64,000 nt of DNA from the NCBI RefSeq assembly GCF_009914755.1, contig NC_060932.1. The stretch is one strand, 5' to 3'. Within the stretch, counting starts at the first letter, position 1. Every line of letters starts with the position of its first letter. Positions 1 to 12,092 of this stretch are shown here, one piece after another. The notes beneath the pieces are model-generated. The model was not told the DNA's origin and made no database searches. It was given only the letters and a program-made list of their open reading frames with translations. The position numbers and the translations under genes were made by a program. Source of the stretch: the human T2T-CHM13v2.0 reference genome, Homo sapiens.

Positions 1-440
1 AGGTCACACAGCTCCTAGGTGATCTTCCTGATATCCTTGTTTGTTGTACTTAACAACCTAGGATTTCTTTGAGTCCAGAAGCATTCACTGAGCTGACATT
101 TCATTGATGCCCTGAATCAGATTCAGCTAGAAACCACATGCACAGACAGCCGAAGTGTTTGAAGGAAAATCTGTCAATCAGTTAATAAGGTGGGAACTGA
201 GTTTCAAAGAAAAAATTCTAAATGTTCTAAGCTGTTTGGTGAGCCAGTTTAGAATGCCTTTATACCCTTTTAATCTTTGTGTTGAGAATAAACTTGCCCT
301 TTCTAACAGAAGTCAGCAGTTCATGTTGTCATATATCAGCCATACTGAGAAATCAGGGGTTGGTAGAGTTTTAAAAAGCATTAAAACAGCAACTGTATTA
401 TTTTGAAAATAAGCCAAAGGATTAACTTAATCTGTTGCCC

Positions 441-474
441 AGAAACACAAGTGAAAGAGAAACACAAGTGAAAG
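441..474. repeat. 17-bp perfect tandem duplication
   Basis: AGAAACACAAGTGAAAG x2. Confidence 0.9.
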
Positions 475-683
475 ACATTTTTTAATCTTTTGCCATATCA
501 TATAGCAAACTAGAAGAAAACTGAACTTGGGAGGGAAATAGGCCAGCCACTCAACCTTCCAGCAATTATTAGGAAATTAAACAAGAACTCTTAAAGTAAA
601 TGTCCTGCTATTTTCTCATTGAAAGGGGAAAGTCTGTTGCTCTCATGGAGGTTTACATTTTAATGCTCTTTCACTCATTTTAG

Positions 684-950
684 ATATTGCTTGGATGACC
701 GAAAAGCTTTGGAAAGAGATGGAGGATTTTCTGAACTTCAGTCTCGTCTTATTCGTTATGAAACTCAAACTACCTGCACCAGAGAAAGTTTTCCAGTACC
801 TACTGTGTTGAGCCCTCTTCCATCTCCTGTAGTTTCGTCAGATCCTGGAAGTGTCCCTGACGGAGAAGTTTTACAAAATGAACTTCGAACTGAAGTATCC
901 CGATTGAAACGGAGATCTAAAGATCTGAATTGCCTTTATCCCAGAAAAAG
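684..950 (+). CDS. MTBP: MTBP internal coding exon (fifth from last; probably exon 18)
   Basis: ttttag|A acceptor at 683/684 and AG|gtgata donor at 950/951; translates [28 protein letters not shown]...LSPLPSP...[15 protein letters not shown], recognised as MTBP; phase matches the next exon. Confidence 0.96.
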
Positions 951-2482
951 GTGATATATTACATGCACATAAATAGTATATTGACAGAAAGTATTTTAGT
1001 CTCGAGGATTTTTATTTTATTTTATATTAGTCTTTCAGGTTAATTTCTTCATGGCAAGAAGTTTGTTTTATGAGCTGTTGATAATTTTGCTTATAAGTTA
1101 TAAAAATAAATGATTTGGGAAAAAAACACAGTTTCTTGCTTTATATGCTAATATACAGTCCATTAGCACAATGGATTGTAAAGTTTTTAAGCCATGGAAC
1201 AGTGGAGATTTCACCCCATAGATTAAGCTGCTGAGCTGCCCTGTTGAAGAGACTGTTTGGGGATGGGAGTTCTCCCATTAGCTCTTCCTTTCCTTTCCCC
1301 TCAGTTTCCTGCCTGCATTGTTCCCTTGAGCAAGAGATTCCATGAGGTACCATTTTTAAAACACCTGTTACATATAAAATATAGCTTTAAACACTGCATA
1401 ATGATAGAATATATGAAACTTTTCTGGATGCGTTAGTTTGCTAACTAAATGAAATATCCAGATACTTGATCAGAAGTTAGAAGTTTATGTAGTGAACACT
1501 AATTTTTATTGAATTTATGTTATCTTTAGAACCTTTGTCAAACTTAGGTTCTTGGCATCTAAAGCAAGGCTTGAATTCTTATTGTATTTAAACCTTGCAA
1601 AAAGTATGAACTATATGAAAACATAACTTTCAGATCTTTTTTTGAATAGTTAAAAAAGTTAGAATAAGGTTACCCTGATATGGAAGAACTCAGTCATTTT
1701 TATGAGGACTTTATAAATTCATGGTACTTTTTATACCTGATAAAATTAAAAAGCAGCAGTTACATTTGGGGTACTATATTTATAGCCATATTTCTTATTT
1801 CTGACCTATGGCTAATAAAAATATATGTGTTCCTAAAAGGAATGTATACTGTGGCTTCTGGGTCAGCAGAATTGAGGGCTATAAGACCCTATCTTGTAAA
1901 GGGAAAAATTTGGGCCTTGTCAGGAACAAATGTAAACATTTTAGGAAGATTGAAGTATGAACCAGTTTTATAGTTTATTTGTATTTGTTTTAACACTATG
2001 ACTTATTTTGCAAGGGAGTTCCATGGGTATAAAAAGATACAGGTTGTGGTGTTTCTGTTCAAATTATCTTAACAGAAAAGTATAAATATTTAACAGATTA
2101 GTATTAAATCTATAAATAGCAGCACTCTTGGCATGCATAGCTGATTTATTTGAGAAATTGTAAATTGGAGGGATGGGAGAGAGTATAACAATATTGTTTG
2201 TTGCTTTCTCTATTAGCCAAAATCCTAGTTTGCTATTCATTACCTTCTATGTGTTAGTTACTCATCTGAAGAACTAAGGAACAACTTTATAATATGATGT
2301 TTATTGCTTACTTAAGGCAGTAATAGCAGTAAATTTTGTTTGCTTTTCTTGAATTTATGTTATAATGGATATAGTGGTAACACTATAACATAGTGGTATA
2401 GTGTTATATATTATGTAATATATTATGTTATATATTATCTATTATGTAATAACAGTGGTATAATATAGTGGTAACACACTGG

Positions 2483-2576
2483 TAAGACAGAAAATGAACT
2501 TCGATGTTGATTCACTTAATGGATATAGTTGTAATATTTAAGACAGAAAATGAACTTCGATGTTGATTCGCTTAAT
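2483..2576. repeat. 38-bp direct duplication upstream of an MTBP acceptor
   Basis: TAAGACAGAAAATGAACTTCGATGTTGATTC(A/G)CTTAAT at 2483-2520 and 2539-2576. Confidence 0.9.
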
Positions 2577-2609
2577 CTATGTTCTTGATTTTTTTCCCCT
2601 GCTATATAG

Positions 2610-2859
2610 ACTTGTGAAATCTGAAAGTTCAGAGTCTCTTCTTTCTCAGACAACTGGTAATAGTAATCACTATCATCATCATGTGACATCCAGAAAGCCA
2701 CAAACAGAGCGGTCCTTACCAGTGACTTGTCCATTGGTTCCAATTCCTAGCTGTGAAACTCCAAAACTTGCTACAAAGACCAGTTCAGGTCAAAAAAGTA
2801 TGCATGAATCAAAAACATCAAGGCAAATTAAGGAATCAAGATCACAGAAACACACACGG
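2610..2859 (+). CDS. MTBP: MTBP coding exon (probably exon 19)
   Basis: pyrimidine tract + tatag|A acceptor; CGG|gtaaag donor; (R)LVKSESSESLLSQ...KESRSQKHTR in frame with the neighbouring exons. Confidence 0.96.
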
Positions 2860-3459
2860 GTAAAGATTTATTTCCCATTTTTCTTAGTTCTACATAGGAA
2901 GACTTTAAATTTGATTACTTTAAAATATATGTCTAAAAAATTTTATGAATGAAATGAAACGATGTCTAGAATTTACCGGTGTAAGAAGGATGATAGGAAA
3001 GTAGGTGGGGATATAATTGAAACAAGATTAGCCACAGATTAATCATACTTGAAGCTGGTTAAAAGATATATCAAGATAGAAATTTGTTATAAAATATTCT
3101 GTGCGTGTCAAATATTCTCTACTTTTCTATGCTTGAAATTTCCCATAATAAAAAATAAATATACACTTACATATCCCTGCTGTGTGTAACTTTAACACTC
3201 AGATTTCAATTCAGAACTCATGATTTGAGTTCCTTTCTTAAGACACTGTAGTCATTTCCTGCTAACATATTATTCCTGTGACACTTCTGACCATGTAAAT
3301 GTTAGATCTTTTTTTCTCAATCATTTTGTCTTAATGAACCTGTCTGTCTTTTAGCACAGCAAAATGAATGTGTAATTCACAGGATTGAACTCTAAAGCTG
3401 AAATAATAGGTTTGTGCCTTTTCCAAGAAATATTCGTCATATGTTATGTTCTGTTCAAG

Positions 3460-3573
3460 ATACTGAAAGAAGTAGTTACTGAAACCCTGAAGAAACACAG
3501 TATTACCGAGACTCATGAATGTTTCACTGCATGCAGCCAGCGTCTCTTTGAAATCTCTAAGTTCTATCTAAAG
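3460..3573 (+). CDS. MTBP: MTBP coding exon (probably exon 20), start of Sld7-like C-terminal domain
   Basis: ttcaag|ATA acceptor, AAG|gtacgg donor; 114 bp = [38 protein letters not shown]. Confidence 0.96.
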
Positions 3574-3858
3574 GTACGGTATCTTCTCTACTAATGGCAA
3601 AATTTAGTTCATGTTCTAATGTTCCTGTTTGACATAAAAAAAAGTTTGAGTATTTTTTATACTGAGAGCATATACTTGCTGCCAGATTTATTAAATGATG
3701 GAGATAGAAAAATTGAAGCCAAAATACTTTATATTTGATTTGATTTGAGTTCTCATATATAGAAAGCTACATTTTAACCAATATCCTATTTCCCTTAACG
3801 TGCATTTGACTTACAGGTAATAAGCTTCATAACATGTTTAATTATTAATTTTTTAATA

Positions 3859-4126
3859 CAGTTGGCCCTCCATATCTGTGGGTTCTATATCCATGGGTTC
3901 TGCATCCATGGGTTAACTTCAAATTGAAAATGTTCTGAAAAAAAAAAAAAAAGGATGCTGCATCTGTACTGAACATGTACAGACTTTTTAAAAAGTATAT
4001 GGGAAAATGTGCATAGGATATATGCAAATACTACACCATTTTATATAAGGGACTCGACTGTCAGTGGATTTTGGTATTCTCAGTGGGATCATGGAATCAT
4101 CCTTCGCAGAGACCAAGGGATGACTG
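3859..4126. mobile_element. MER2-like Tigger-derived DNA transposon fossil
   Basis: CAGTTGGCCCTCC...AGGGATGACTG termini after TA; internal ATCCATGGGTTC motifs. Confidence 0.75.
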
Positions 4127-4699
4127 TGTAGTAAAAAGGCTACTGGACTAAATATCAAAACACCTAGTTTCTAATTTTGGATCCATTATCAGCTAGTTGT
4201 AAGACATTGGACAGGTCAGTCACTCAAGACGATGGTTTTCTAAAACTTAGACAATGTTAGATTATGTCCAGCCTTAGGAGTTTCTGACCTGAATCACAGT
4301 TATCTGTGGGTTTCTGGTTAAAACTGCAGATCTATCACATATCCAAGAGAAAGGACAAGAAAAAACTGGAAATGTTTTTAATACATATTGAACAATAACA
4401 AAAAAGCACATGGAAGTGTGGTGTAACAGAGTGAAAAGAGTTACAATTTAATTGGGTGCCTAGTGGAATACTAGTGAGAAGCATGTTAATTCCACAGAAG
4501 CTGAGGTGCTCAGGATTTGAAGACACCAGCTATCATGGAAAGCAGGGGTGAGGGTCCATGTAGAAAGCAGGGAAGTTTAAATAAAGATCTACAAAGTGAC
4601 CTGGAGATTGTCCAACTTGCTTTGCATGCTCTTCTCCCCAAATGTTCACTACAAGGTCTATCATGCATAGGTTTTTCCACCCACCTCAGTGACACTGTA

Positions 4700-6430
4700 G
4701 GAAATAGTCGCTGGGGAAAATATTGGAAGCTGCAGTGGAAAAGCTAACTGGCCATCTTGTCACTCTACCTTGAAAAGAAACCAGTGACAATCTCTGCACA
4801 GAGTTTCCAGTCAGATTTTTAGTGTCTCACTTTTAAATATGACTAGACAGCCATGGATTAGCAGGCTTTGAGGAAAGCTTCTAACACAATTGATGCCAAA
4901 ACATATAGGAATAAAGGGAACTCTGAAGAAGCAGGAAGTTGAAGAAAACTTCATAAAAACTATAATTCTCATAGAAAGAAGATAATCGCATCCATAAAAC
5001 TAGAACAGGATGCTGTTTCCAAAAAAAGCATAAAACATGAAAGCTCCATAACATTAAAAATATGATAAAGTCAATTAAATAGAAAGGCTGAACAGTTGAG
5101 ATGAAAAAAATTTACCAGAAATTAGAATCAAATGACAAAAACATTAAATCCAGGCTAAGAAAATTGGAGGATTAATACAGAAGATCCAAAATGCTAATAA
5201 TATGAATTTTGTATTTTTTGAACAATTTTCTCTCCTTTGTTCTCAAAGTTTAGAAGAGAGAAACTTGTTCAAAAATATAACAAACTTTTCCAGGAGTGGA
5301 CACAAGCGTCCTAGCTTGTCCAAACCAATGAATGAAAATTCTTCAACGAGTCACATAATTATGGAATTTCACACCTCTTAGCATGGAGAGAACATTTTCT
5401 AAAAGCTTCCCAGGAAATAATCTAGTTTATATATAGTGAATCAATAATCAGAATGGCATTGGACTTCTCCACAGTAACACTGTATGCTAGAAGATAGTAG
5501 AAAAGTATCTTCAAATTCTGAGGGATGTGCATTTCTAGAATTAAAAAAAGAAAAAAGAAAAGAAACTTCTGAGGGAAGGTGACTTACCTAGTATTCTATA
5601 CCCAGTCTGGAATGCAGTCAGGTATGAGGATTTAATGAAGATACATTCAAACATGGAATATCTGAAAAAGAATTTATTTTACCCTTTTGAGGAATCTGCT
5701 AGAAGATGAAGTTCAACAGAACAAGGGACTAAATCAAGAAACAAAACAAAAACTAATCTAAAATGGAAAAAACAAGTCCTAATAGGACCAGGCCTAGGCA
5801 GCAACTAGAACAAATTAGAGGAGGCTATGGGAGAAAGATCTCCAGGTTTAAAAAATTTAATTAAAAAGACCAAAAGCAGAAAGGAAGCTGAACTGAGAGA
5901 TTATCCTGTATACTTCAGGGCTTGAAAAAACTTTGCTGTACATTTAGCCCATTTATTGCCAGTATTTAGGAGTGAAAAACCCAGAATTATATACATGGAA
6001 AGCTGAGCAAATGAAAAAAGCTAACAGGTAGTTAACAGGATAAATAGAATATTGGAAGAAAGATAAATTATAACCATAATACATTAATTAGCACACAATT
6101 GAAAGTATTTACATAGATACAATAGTGTAAACACTGCCTCTTTACAATCAAAAATTGTGGTACAACTGTTCTTCAAAGGAAGAGAAGGAAGGTTTTGTGT
6201 ACGAGACCTGAATCCATCCATGACGTTCTCCCTAACATCAGTTCTCCCTAACATCAGTAGTCAGTGTCTAAAAGTGTTTAATCACCAAGTAGCAACATAA
6301 GCATAGTAGTTAGAAACATTAAGGTATAAATAAGGGAAAAACCTGAAAGAATTGAAAGTGGCTGCCTTTATGGAGCGTAACTTGGAAGTACAACAGATAA
6401 CTGCTTCTTATCTTTTTAAATACAATTCCA
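4700..6430 (+). mobile_element. old L1M/HAL1-like fragments (degraded ORF1 region)
   Basis: A-rich sense strand; ATCAGAATGGCATTGGACTTCTCCACAGTAACACTG...TTCAAATTCTGAGG resembles the ORF1 C-terminal region; includes a 16-bp tandem duplication at 6225-6256. Confidence 0.55.
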
Positions 6431-6584
6431 TTTCTTTTACTTTGTAATAATCACTAAATTTTTAAAAGTGAGACATCAGCTTCCTTTTGTATGTCATTCT
6501 TCTTTATGATGGAGTCAAATAGCCAAAATGAAGAAAAAATATCTTTTACCTGATAAATAAATACAAACCATATGTTTGTTTCTG

Positions 6585-6831
6585 GAGTAATGCAGCATTA
6601 GTGGATGCTCACGGAGGATGGGAGAGTAATGCAGCATTAGTGGATGCTCACGGTGGAGGATGGGAGAGTAATGGAGCATTAGTGGATGCTCACGGTGGAG
6701 GATGGGAGAGTAATGCAGCATTAGTGGATGCTCACGGTGGAGGGTGGGAGAGTAATGCAGCATTAGTGGATGCTCACGGTGGAGGGTGGGAGAGTAATGC
6801 AGCATTAGTGGATGCTCACGGTGGAGGGTGG
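6585..6831. repeat. 42-bp minisatellite (VNTR), ~6 copies, MTBP intron
   Basis: unit GAGTAATGCAGCATTAGTGGATGCTCACGGTGGAGG(A/G)TGGGA; the first unit is 39 bp. Confidence 0.95.
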
Positions 6832-7105
6832 AAGTTATTTTAGGTCAGCTCTATTGGGAATAGGAGAGGAGAGTGAGATGGACTTATGTATATGTGTATG
6901 TATTTTGGTTAGAGTATTTTGATATTTCAGAATGGAACTAAATTATAATCTAGTACTTAGATTTTTTTTGTTGTTGTAGTCTGTCCCTAATCACATTAAT
7001 ACGTGTAGAATGATTTAGAATAATCTCAAGTGTATTTAATAATAATGAGTTGTTCTTTGTAATTTAATGTGCAGATTGTAAAATGCTGTATTTTATTATG
7101 TTTAG

Positions 7106-7171
7106 GATCTTAAAACTTCAAGGGGTCTATTTGAAGAAATGAAGAAAACAGCAAACAACAATGCTGTACAG
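7106..7171 (+). CDS. MTBP: MTBP penultimate coding exon
   Basis: tttag|GAT acceptor, CAG|gtaaag donor; 66 bp = [22 protein letters not shown]; too short for the ORF track. Confidence 0.95.
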
Positions 7172-7749
7172 GTAAAGAAATTATTCCCAAGAAACTATAT
7201 TCAATTAAATTGGTATTTTATTTCAGGGTTGCTCTGATGCCATTATATATGCAGCAGTAATCAGTTACTGGTCTTTTTCAACTCTGTCCCTATGAAAACT
7301 CTTTAAGAAACTTCATAGGCTTATTTAGGCTGAGTATTTCATAGTATTTAGTAGATTGCTCTGTCAGCAAAAGAGTTTCTAAAGTGACACTAAGAAAGCA
7401 AAAGAAAAAATAAATTAGCTGGAAAAACCAATCCATTTTGGTTAGCTGTTTTCAAAGTTTAGTTTAGTTTATTTGATTGACCATTTGAAACATATTTTCA
7501 TATAAAGGTGAGAAAATGGAGCAGAATCTTCATTTCATCCAGTGAGAACATTATTGTACTCAGTATTGGAAGTCCAACAAAAATGTTCTTCCATTAGAAA
7601 ATAAAATGTGTATTTAAGTATAAGATTTCAGTATCTTCCTTTTTATTTGAAATTTTCTACCATGTTCTTTTGAAGTTTTTACAATATATTTTTCTATTAC
7701 TTGTGTTTTCAAGAGAAATCTTCTGTAATCATATTTTTTCTCCCCCTAG

Positions 7750-7788
7750 GTGATTGACTGGGTATTAGAAAAGACAAGCAAGAAATGA
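7750..7788 (+). CDS. MTBP: MTBP terminal coding exon
   Basis: ttttttctccccctag|GTG acceptor; VIDWVLEKTSKK then TGA at 7786-7788. Confidence 0.95.
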   Translation: MIDWVLEKTSKK

Positions 7789-8090
7789 TACATAATCATT
7801 CTCTTTAAGACAATTATAAATTGGATGGAGCTATTATTCACTACTTCTTTTCTTAGTTTGAAAATTATAAACAAATTTTAAGCTTTATTCAAAGAATAGA
7901 TGTTATATTTCTAAAGAATTTCATGAATATATATTCTATATTTGTATAGTTTGAGGGATGCTATGTTAATGTATTTTTAATTAGATACATATTTTGTAAA
8001 GTGTTACTATATTTTAAAGTTATTTTTATATGTTTTAAAATGTTTACTCTTATTTAATTATTACAATAAACAGAATTTTTTTTTTTTACT
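7789..8090 (+). other. MTBP: MTBP 3' UTR (short, very AU-rich; end approximate)
   Basis: lies between the stop codon and AATAAA, followed by a T/GT-rich downstream element. Confidence 0.8.
8065..8070 (+). terminator. MTBP polyadenylation signal AATAAA
   Basis: first canonical hexamer after the stop, followed by T-rich and GT-rich sequence (8076-8120). Confidence 0.8.
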
Positions 8091-9315
8091 TTTTGGATTT
8101 CATGTCTTTGTTGTTAGGTGTACTAAGTTAGGCCTGCCTTACATTTCTTAGACTTAAGTAAGATATTGCCAGTGGCTTTTCCCATGTGTTCCAACAACAT
8201 AGTTTATTGGACTGCTCCCAATTTAGAGCGTATTGGCAAAAAAAATGCAAACAGGCCTCAGCCCTAGAGCCACCATTGTTGGGGCTATTAATGTTCATTT
8301 GGTATCAAAAATGAAGAAACAAGATAAATTGTGAAAATAAGACATAATGAAAATGACACTAAGTACAGTCTCCCAGGAAAAAAATTGTCTTTTCCCATGG
8401 TAGAAAATTTGGAAAATGCAGAAAATACAAGGAAGAATGAAAAAAAATTACCACATTCCCCCCTACTGTCTAGACATAACTGCTGTATTTTAAAAATATA
8501 TGTAATTATTTTTAAATACTTTCAAAATTGGAATCATATAATATGTTGTTATGCATATGTGTGTATGTGTGTATTAATTAATAACCTGCTTTTCACATAA
8601 CAATATGTTGTGAATTTTATGTCATTATTTTAATAACTGCCTAATGCAAATGAACCACAGTTTGTTTAATCACCCATTATTGGACATAAAGATTCTGTTT
8701 TTCCCTGTAACACATAACACTTTAATGAATCTTCCCAGTATGTCACTATTTTCCTAGTATGCTTTTTTAGGAGGGGAATTTTTGGGTCTTAAGCTTTTTT
8801 GTAAATGTTTTTAAATTGCCCTCCTGAAAGACCAATATGAACTCCCACCGGCAGAGTCCCCATTTCCCTTTTTGATGACTGAAAATAGTAAGGGTGAATT
8901 TTTTTAAAACATGTTGGCATCTCTGTAACTGTTTATTTCTAGCTTTTGCCCATTTTTCTTTTGAACTGTTTTTGACTTTTTCTTACTTGTTCATACATAT
9001 TCTTATATATTAAGGATATTGGCCCTTTGTCTTTTTGTTTATAGTGTTCTGAAATTTTTCGTTTTTATGTAATCAAATCTACCATCTTTATAGTTTCTTC
9101 CAATTAAAGAAATTTGCTTATCACATATGCTTTGCTTGTCTATGTTGAATTCAAAGTGAATGCTTTCAAAAAGCATTTCTAGGGTTCCGTGGAATTGCTG
9201 ATTTGAAATGCTCCTTTTTGTCTGAATTGTTCACTCTCATAGGAATTGCAAGAGTGAGCCAATATTTGAATACTCTATTAGGTTAGCAAAATTGTCTTTT
9301 GAAATGCTGTACCAT

Positions 9316-9625
9316 GGCTGGGCATAGTGGCTCATACCTGTAATCCCAGCACTTTGGGAGGTTGAGAAAGGAGGATTGGTTGAGGCTAGGAGTTTGAGAC
9401 CAGCCTTGGCAACATAGTGAGACCCCATCTCTAAAAAAATTTAATTAGCTGCACATGGTGGCACGTACCTGTAGCTATGTAGGAGGGGTCTTAAGCTACT
9501 TAGGAGGCTGAAGTGGGAGGATTGCTTGATCCTAGAAGGTCAAGGCTGCAGTGAGCCATGATTTCGCCACTGTTCTCCAACCTGTGAGAAAGATCGCGAC
9601 CCTATCTCAAAAGGAAAAAAAAAAA
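9316..9625 (+). mobile_element. AluJ-type SINE
   Basis: dimeric Alu, A-tail, TSD AAATGCTGTACCA. Confidence 0.9.
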
Positions 9626-10349
9626 TGCTGTACCAATAGGCGTTTTTAAATGTAAATTTATTTAATCAGACTAATAAACATTTATAACATGAGAGGAGCC
9701 AGTTGGTTTTAAAGTACAACAGATTAGATCAGGCAATTTGAAAACATTCCTGGGAACAGAGTAATGGTCATAGGAAAGAAAAACTCTCATAACGTCCATT
9801 TGCTCTTCTAAAAATGGGGTAAACAATGCTGACTTCACAGGGATCATGAAAAGATGATAATCATGGCCAACATTTATTAAGCACTATATGACAGACATTA
9901 TCTTAATCATTTTACATGATCTCACTGAAGCCATATTAAGTAGCTATTTCCCATTTTATAGGTAAGAAATTGAAGTATAGCAAGATTAAGTGTCATATCC
10001 AGGATCACATAGCTCAGCAATTACAGAGCCAGAATGAGAACTTACATTTGTTGAACCACACTGCTTCTCCAAACATAGGATCTCTGCAAGTGTTGGTGTA
10101 TCCATTTTTTTATTTGTTTTTATTCCTTTCTTCCAAGGATCCTGGTTTTCTGCCGTACTTAATAATATACATGAAAACAAGTTTGAAGATAACCTGTAAG
10201 CCTGATACCATTTAAAATATTTCTTTTTGTGAACATGCTGGATAAACTTTTGTAATGTTGTTTGAAATTTAGCATATGTAAATTACATCAGTTAACCTGA
10301 TTGAAAGCAAAAGTATAAATGAAAAAACTAAACTGATGTAATCACTTAT

Positions 10350-11175
10350 TAAAAGGACATAGGATAGCCAAATAACTTTGTAACAAAAGAACAAAGTTGG
10401 GAGACTTGTTTCTTCACTTTAAGACTTACTATAAAGTTACAGTAATGAAGACAATTTGCTATTGGAATTAGAATAAGCATATAGGTCAGTGGAACAGAAG
10501 AAAAGCTTATAGGTATACCTATATATCAAACTTTTCATTGAAGTAAAAAAGGTCTTTTAAAAAATTGAACTTGAATAAGGGGATATCCATCCATATGGAA
10601 AAATAAGTTACCTTCAACCATAACCTCCTACCATTTGCAACTATTAATGTGATATGGATCATAATTTTATATTTAAAATCCAAAACCATAAAACCTACAC
10701 AGGAAAACACAGAAAAATCTTCATCACTCTTGGAATAAAACAAGGATTCTTAGAAAGGACACAAAAAGTACAAACCATAAAATTAAAAAAAAATAAATTT
10801 TACTTCAAAATCTAAAAGCTCCTCTTGGAAAGGCACCACTAGGAGAGTGAAAATGTAACCCACAGACTGGGAGAAATTATTTGCAATGCATATATCTGAC
10901 AAAGGACTTTTATCTAGAATATGTGAGACACTCTTAACAGCTTAATGATAAGACATAACCCAAATTTTTTAAATGGGCAAAATATTTGAAAAAAACATTT
11001 CATGAAAGAGGATATAGGAATGGCAATAAGCACGTGAAAAGATGCTCAACATCATCAGTCATCAAAGGAATGCAAATTAAAACCATAATAAGATGCCTCT
11101 AAACACCAACTAGAATGAATACAATTTTGAAACAGACTTTACCATGTCTTGATGACTATATGATGCATTTGGAAA
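10350..11175 (+). mobile_element. old L1M fragment (ORF2 3' region)
   Basis: AAGACTTACTATAAAG...ACAGACTGGGAGAAATTATTTGCAA...ATGCAAATTAAAACCA L1 ORF2 motifs. Confidence 0.8.
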
Positions 11176-11203
11176 TCTCTTTTTATTGGTGGGTGGGGTT
11201 GGA

Positions 11204-11475
11204 AGAGGGTCTTGCTCTGTTGCCTAGGCTGGAGTGCAGTGGCAGGATCACAGCTCACTGCAGCCTTGACCTCCCTGGCTCAAACAATCCCAAGTAGCTT
11301 CCTGAGTAGCTGGGATTATAGGCAAGCACTGCCTTGCCTGGAATTTTTTTTTTTTTTTTTGTAGAGATGTGGTCTTGATATGTTGCCTAGGCTGGTCTTG
11401 AACTCCTGGCCTCAAGTGATCCTACTGCCTCAGCCTCCCAAAGTGCTGGAATTATAAACATTAACCACCTCAACC
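11204..11475 (-). mobile_element. AluJ-type SINE
   Basis: antisense Alu arms with central T-run. Confidence 0.85.
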
Positions 11476-12092
11476 ATTTGAGGCCATTTGTTTGGGAAAC
11501 AGGGAGTCACTGGGCCCAAGTAGCTCAGATGTGTTACATAGTAGTGGTACATTTAGCAAACTGTTGCCTAAATAACCCAGAAAAGAGAAATTCTTCCTAA
11601 TGAACTCATGGATCTAATTAGGGATATTCCCAGACAATGTTGGAAGTATCAATGGCCATTTATTTGTTTGTTTAGCTGAATATGATAAGGTATAGGAAAA
11701 GATAGATAAACAAATTCAAGAAATGTTCCATTTTCTGGCAGAATTTAGAGGAGATATGAAGGGCTTAGGATATTCTGGGTTGGAAAATAAAATGATTTTC
11801 CACTTTCAGTATCCCCAGTGGCAAAAAATTTTCTAAGTCAGAAATAGCCTCAGAAAAAGAATCAAGCCAGAGGTGTGGCTATATAATCCTTTATTAAGAC
11901 ATTTAAAATACTTAATGATTTAAAAGTAGACCCTCTCAGCTAGACAAAAGAGCTTTTAAGAATCTAAAGGGTAGTGTTTCACAGCACCCGACACTGTCAA
12001 TAAAGAGAGACCTGTCATGAAAAGAATGGTGGGTATGGCTTTCATCAGTAGACTATAACTTGGTACACAGAAAGCCCACAAAGTCTCTTTTA

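Noticed and set aside
6515-6843. Repetitive ORFs on both strands (MLHYSPTLHREHPL / DAHGGGWESNAALV) and a CRISPR-like look
   Set aside because: They result from a 42-bp (3n) stop-free VNTR unit. There are no unique spacers or cas genes, and the context is a eukaryotic intron.
7172-7226. Cryptic acceptor TATTTTATTTCAG|G in the last MTBP intron
   Set aside because: It would define a 55-nt intron, below the usual human minimum.
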